From positions 408,344-472,343 of the forward strand of contig MNCI01002597.1 in the NCBI GenBank assembly GCA_015680685.1: a stretch of 64,000 nt of DNA. The letters are read 5' to 3'. Below, one piece after another: positions 61,250 to 64,000 of the stretch. The translations under genes and the position numbers were made by a program. Each line of letters opens with the position of its first letter. Within the stretch, counting starts at the first letter, position 1. This DNA comes from Gnetum montanum. Taxonomy: Eukaryota > Plantae > Gnetophyta. The notes beneath the pieces were generated by a model. The model was not told the DNA's origin. It worked only from the letters and a program-made list of their open reading frames with translations, and ran no database searches.

Positions 61250-62825
61250 TGAAATGGGAAAATCAAAAGATCCAAGTACCAAAATAGCTTTAACCTCGAA
61301 TCCCAAGGGCCTCCAAAAAATGGGACTTAGGGTACCCTAGACAGTCGTGCCGATCACACAAGGATTTACAGAACGTAAATAAAAAATGGCAAAAGGAAAC
61401 ATAGATGTAGACATAGATGAAATCAAAAATGAAAATGAAAATGAAAACATAAAAGTAAATGGAAATGAAGTTGCTATTATAGATCTGAAAAAAAATTGTA
61501 AAAATTAAAATGTAAACTAAAACTTGTAGAACATGAATAATAACTTTATAAAAAATAAAGCATAAGGTTCACAAAGTATAGATTTCATGTTAAATGCACT
61601 AGAAGTTGCTAGTGGAAGCTTGAAGTCCATTAGAGAAGGTAAGCTCTATCCCACTGTAACTCCATGATCCAAGTTCTTCCTAGCTCCAATTTCCAACAAC
61701 TTTCCATTACTTTCCACCAAGATCTACAATGGGGTTATGGAAATGGCTTCTCAATTTTTGGAACATTGGCAACTATGTGGAAGTCTCTATGTCTAATGTA
61801 GTACTAGTTTCTACTGCCAAAAATTGGAATTGGAGCTGCAAATGAGCTTTGATGGTTGGAAAAATGGCAAAATTATTGTTACAAGTGTGAAGCTTGGAAT
61901 TGCTACTAGAATGCCAAAGTCTTGGGGGCCTAAAATGGTGTTGACATTGGGTATTGATAGGGTTGGTATGGCTATTTTTTGATCTAACATGATTGTTGAC
62001 AAATTTGATCAATTTGCAAGTGGCAATGATGATCTATCCTCAACATAGTTGCCATTTATAGTAATTTTAGAATGGACTACAACACAAAATCCATTCATTT
62101 ACCATAAATACTAAATGGACTTTTGTAACTATGCTAGCACCATTTATGCTACACTGGCATTGGTTAAGAGTCATTTACTTTCTAGTTACCATTTATAGTA
62201 AGTCTAGTAAAAACTACAGTTACAAAACTTACTCATTTACTATAAATAGTAAATGGACTTTTGTGACTACATTGGCACCATTCTTATTATGTTGCCATTG
62301 GTGGATTATGCTGAGGTTGTTGGAAAGTGGTGAAAATGTTCAAAAAGTTGGAATTTGTTGAAATGCTAAAATTTGTTGGAAAGTGTCATGCTTGATGGAG
62401 AATGTTGTCTACACTAGTTGTTGTTGACTTGGAATGACTATACTAGTTGTTGTTGGAAAAAATAAAAATTTCAACAATCCTAATGTTGCACTTCTGCTAG
62501 GTCTTAGTAGTGACTATGCTGGCTACTGTGGCTATTGTAGCTACTATGCTTATTGAAAATGGCTACAATGTAGTTTGGACTATACCCATACAAAAAATCA
62601 TGAAAATCTTGATTTTAGCCATTCTAGGGATGTGTTTAACCTTCCCAAGCCTAGATATAGACATTAGATATCTTTTTCTACTTTAGGAGTGAGGCCATAT
62701 TTTGGCTCCAAAAAGTTGAAGTATGCAAGATTGTAGCTCATGGACTACATATCTCACATTTACAATGGATCCTTGCCTCAAGTCAGGAAATGATAGTTAC
62801 AATATGATTTTTTGGTGGTGTTTCA
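61250..62825 (-). repeat. Tat-type 3' LTR (different family) with PPT at 62826-62842 and 3' UTR to 63188
   Basis: ggtgtttca|ttggcccctctttgttga junction like that at 32727; internal ~110-bp duplicate (62051, 62189). The left boundary is inferred from where pol similarity stops. Confidence 0.7.
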
Positions 62826-63188
62826 TTGGCCCCTCTTTGTTGATGTCTAGAGGATTGACCCAAGAGACATCTACAAAGTATACAAAATACCACTATAGGT
62901 CCATCACCAATGTTCCCTCTCCACGCTTAATTAAGTAGTATTGAACCATGCCCAAGAGTGCTTGTGATGATGGGAGAAGATTATGATGATGAAATGGTAG
63001 TGAGGTTGTAGGAAAATGATCATGAAGGTTAACAATGCATACCAATTGTTGACATCATGGCTATTGTGTGGCATAGACATATTGGTTAATCCATTTGGGC
63101 TTCACACTTCATGTTTTGAAGTGTGGTTCACTCAACAGATGTGTTTGAGGAACCAACACCTCGCTTCAAGGTTAGTTTGACCATTAGG

Positions 63189-64000
63189 TGAAACACCGTG
63201 AAAATTACGGGTCGGCCTGAGGCAAAGATTCGCAATTCCAGCAAAAACGCGCATCAGATTGGTTCAAAGGATGGGTTTACGCTCTATTACGCACGGCAGC
63301 GTAATGAGCATAATAAGCTTCAAGACAGTCGTAGGCAGAGTTCAGAAAAGCACAACAGGTTGGCATTTTTTCTTGCAGTACATGGATAACTTTTCTTTAC
63401 GCTCGCTACGCGGCGGTGCGTACCATGGCGTATGTTGTCAAATTGCACATTGCTTATACGCTTCATTACGCACAGCTGCGTAGTGAGCGTAACCACGCCT
63501 TGTTTACGCTTCATCACGCGCAGCTGCGTAGCGAGCGTAAACCACGCATTATTTACGCATTCATTGCGCACGATTGCGTAGCGAGCGTAAGTTGCACACT
63601 ATTCACGCTTCGTTACGCTCAGTTGCGTAGTGAGCGTAAAATCCACGCTTCGTTACGCACAGTTGCGTAGTAAGCGTAAAACAATTTTGAGCTTATGTTT
63701 TTTACTCCAGATTACGCTCGTACACGCAACGCAACGCGAATGAGCATAATACAGCCTGAATGCAGCCTAAAGTACACTCAGCATATGCCTACTCTTCACA
63801 CGCACAACACGCAAACAAGCGTGTTGTGCGTAGTCACAGTCTGACTTGAAAGATCATGTCAGTAGGGCCCGTAATATCCGGAACCACATCATCAGGGTTG
63901 CGCCTTCTCCGCGAAGTGTCGCGGCCTATAAATACCCTAGTTAACAAAGATACAGGGGTGGGCAAAAATTCAGGTTGGCAAATCAGAGAAGCAAATAGCA
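63189..64000 (+). repeat. Young CpG-rich Tat-type LTR (U3 part), running off the window
   Basis: Starts tgaaacaccgtgaaaatt, like the other Tat LTR termini; tandem ~40-bp acgcag(c/t)tgcgtag(c/t)gagcgtaa units at 63460-63680; cctataaatacc at ~63925. Confidence 0.8.

Noticed and set aside
996-63670. The many 60-150 aa ORFs in the track as independent genes
   Set aside because: They are fragments of broken retroelement frames, their antisense shadows, or low-complexity AT-rich reading frames; no intact CDS can be supported.

Overview
Land-plant heterochromatin-type DNA with no recognisable resident host gene: the window is a nest of decayed retroelements. Left to right: (1) the 3' part of an Athila-like Ty3/gypsy element (+, 1-8432: RT-RH-INT, extra ORF2, 3' LTR); (2) two diverged tandem copies of a ~2.1 kb LTR-like unit (8433-15705), the first interrupted by a 2.4 kb insertion of two Tat-type LTRs in inverted orientation; (3) a pol-less Athila-like element (+, ~15706-51250). 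Its 3' LTR holds (4) a pol-less SIRE-like Ty1/copia element (25135-50392), whose 3' LTR in turn holds (5) a full-length, TSD-flanked 19.5 kb Tat (Ogre/Retand-type) element on the minus strand (30766-50302). Then come (6) a LINE fragment, (7) a third Athila-like element (-, 52661-61249), and (8) two more nested Tat-type LTRs, the last CpG-rich and young. The standout observation is inside element 5. Gag-PR and RT-RH-aRH-INT are separated by ~6.3 kb, and this spacer holds an antisense gene with its own TATA box and about 8 exons (~1,050 codons). It appears to encode an FCP1/NIF-like HAD domain with altered catalytic residues, a plant-transposon ORF2-type domain, an acidic tract and a coiled coil. 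Arrays of a 24-bp hairpin repeat bracket the gene. All domain calls are by-eye motif recognition on degenerate sequence, not database searches.
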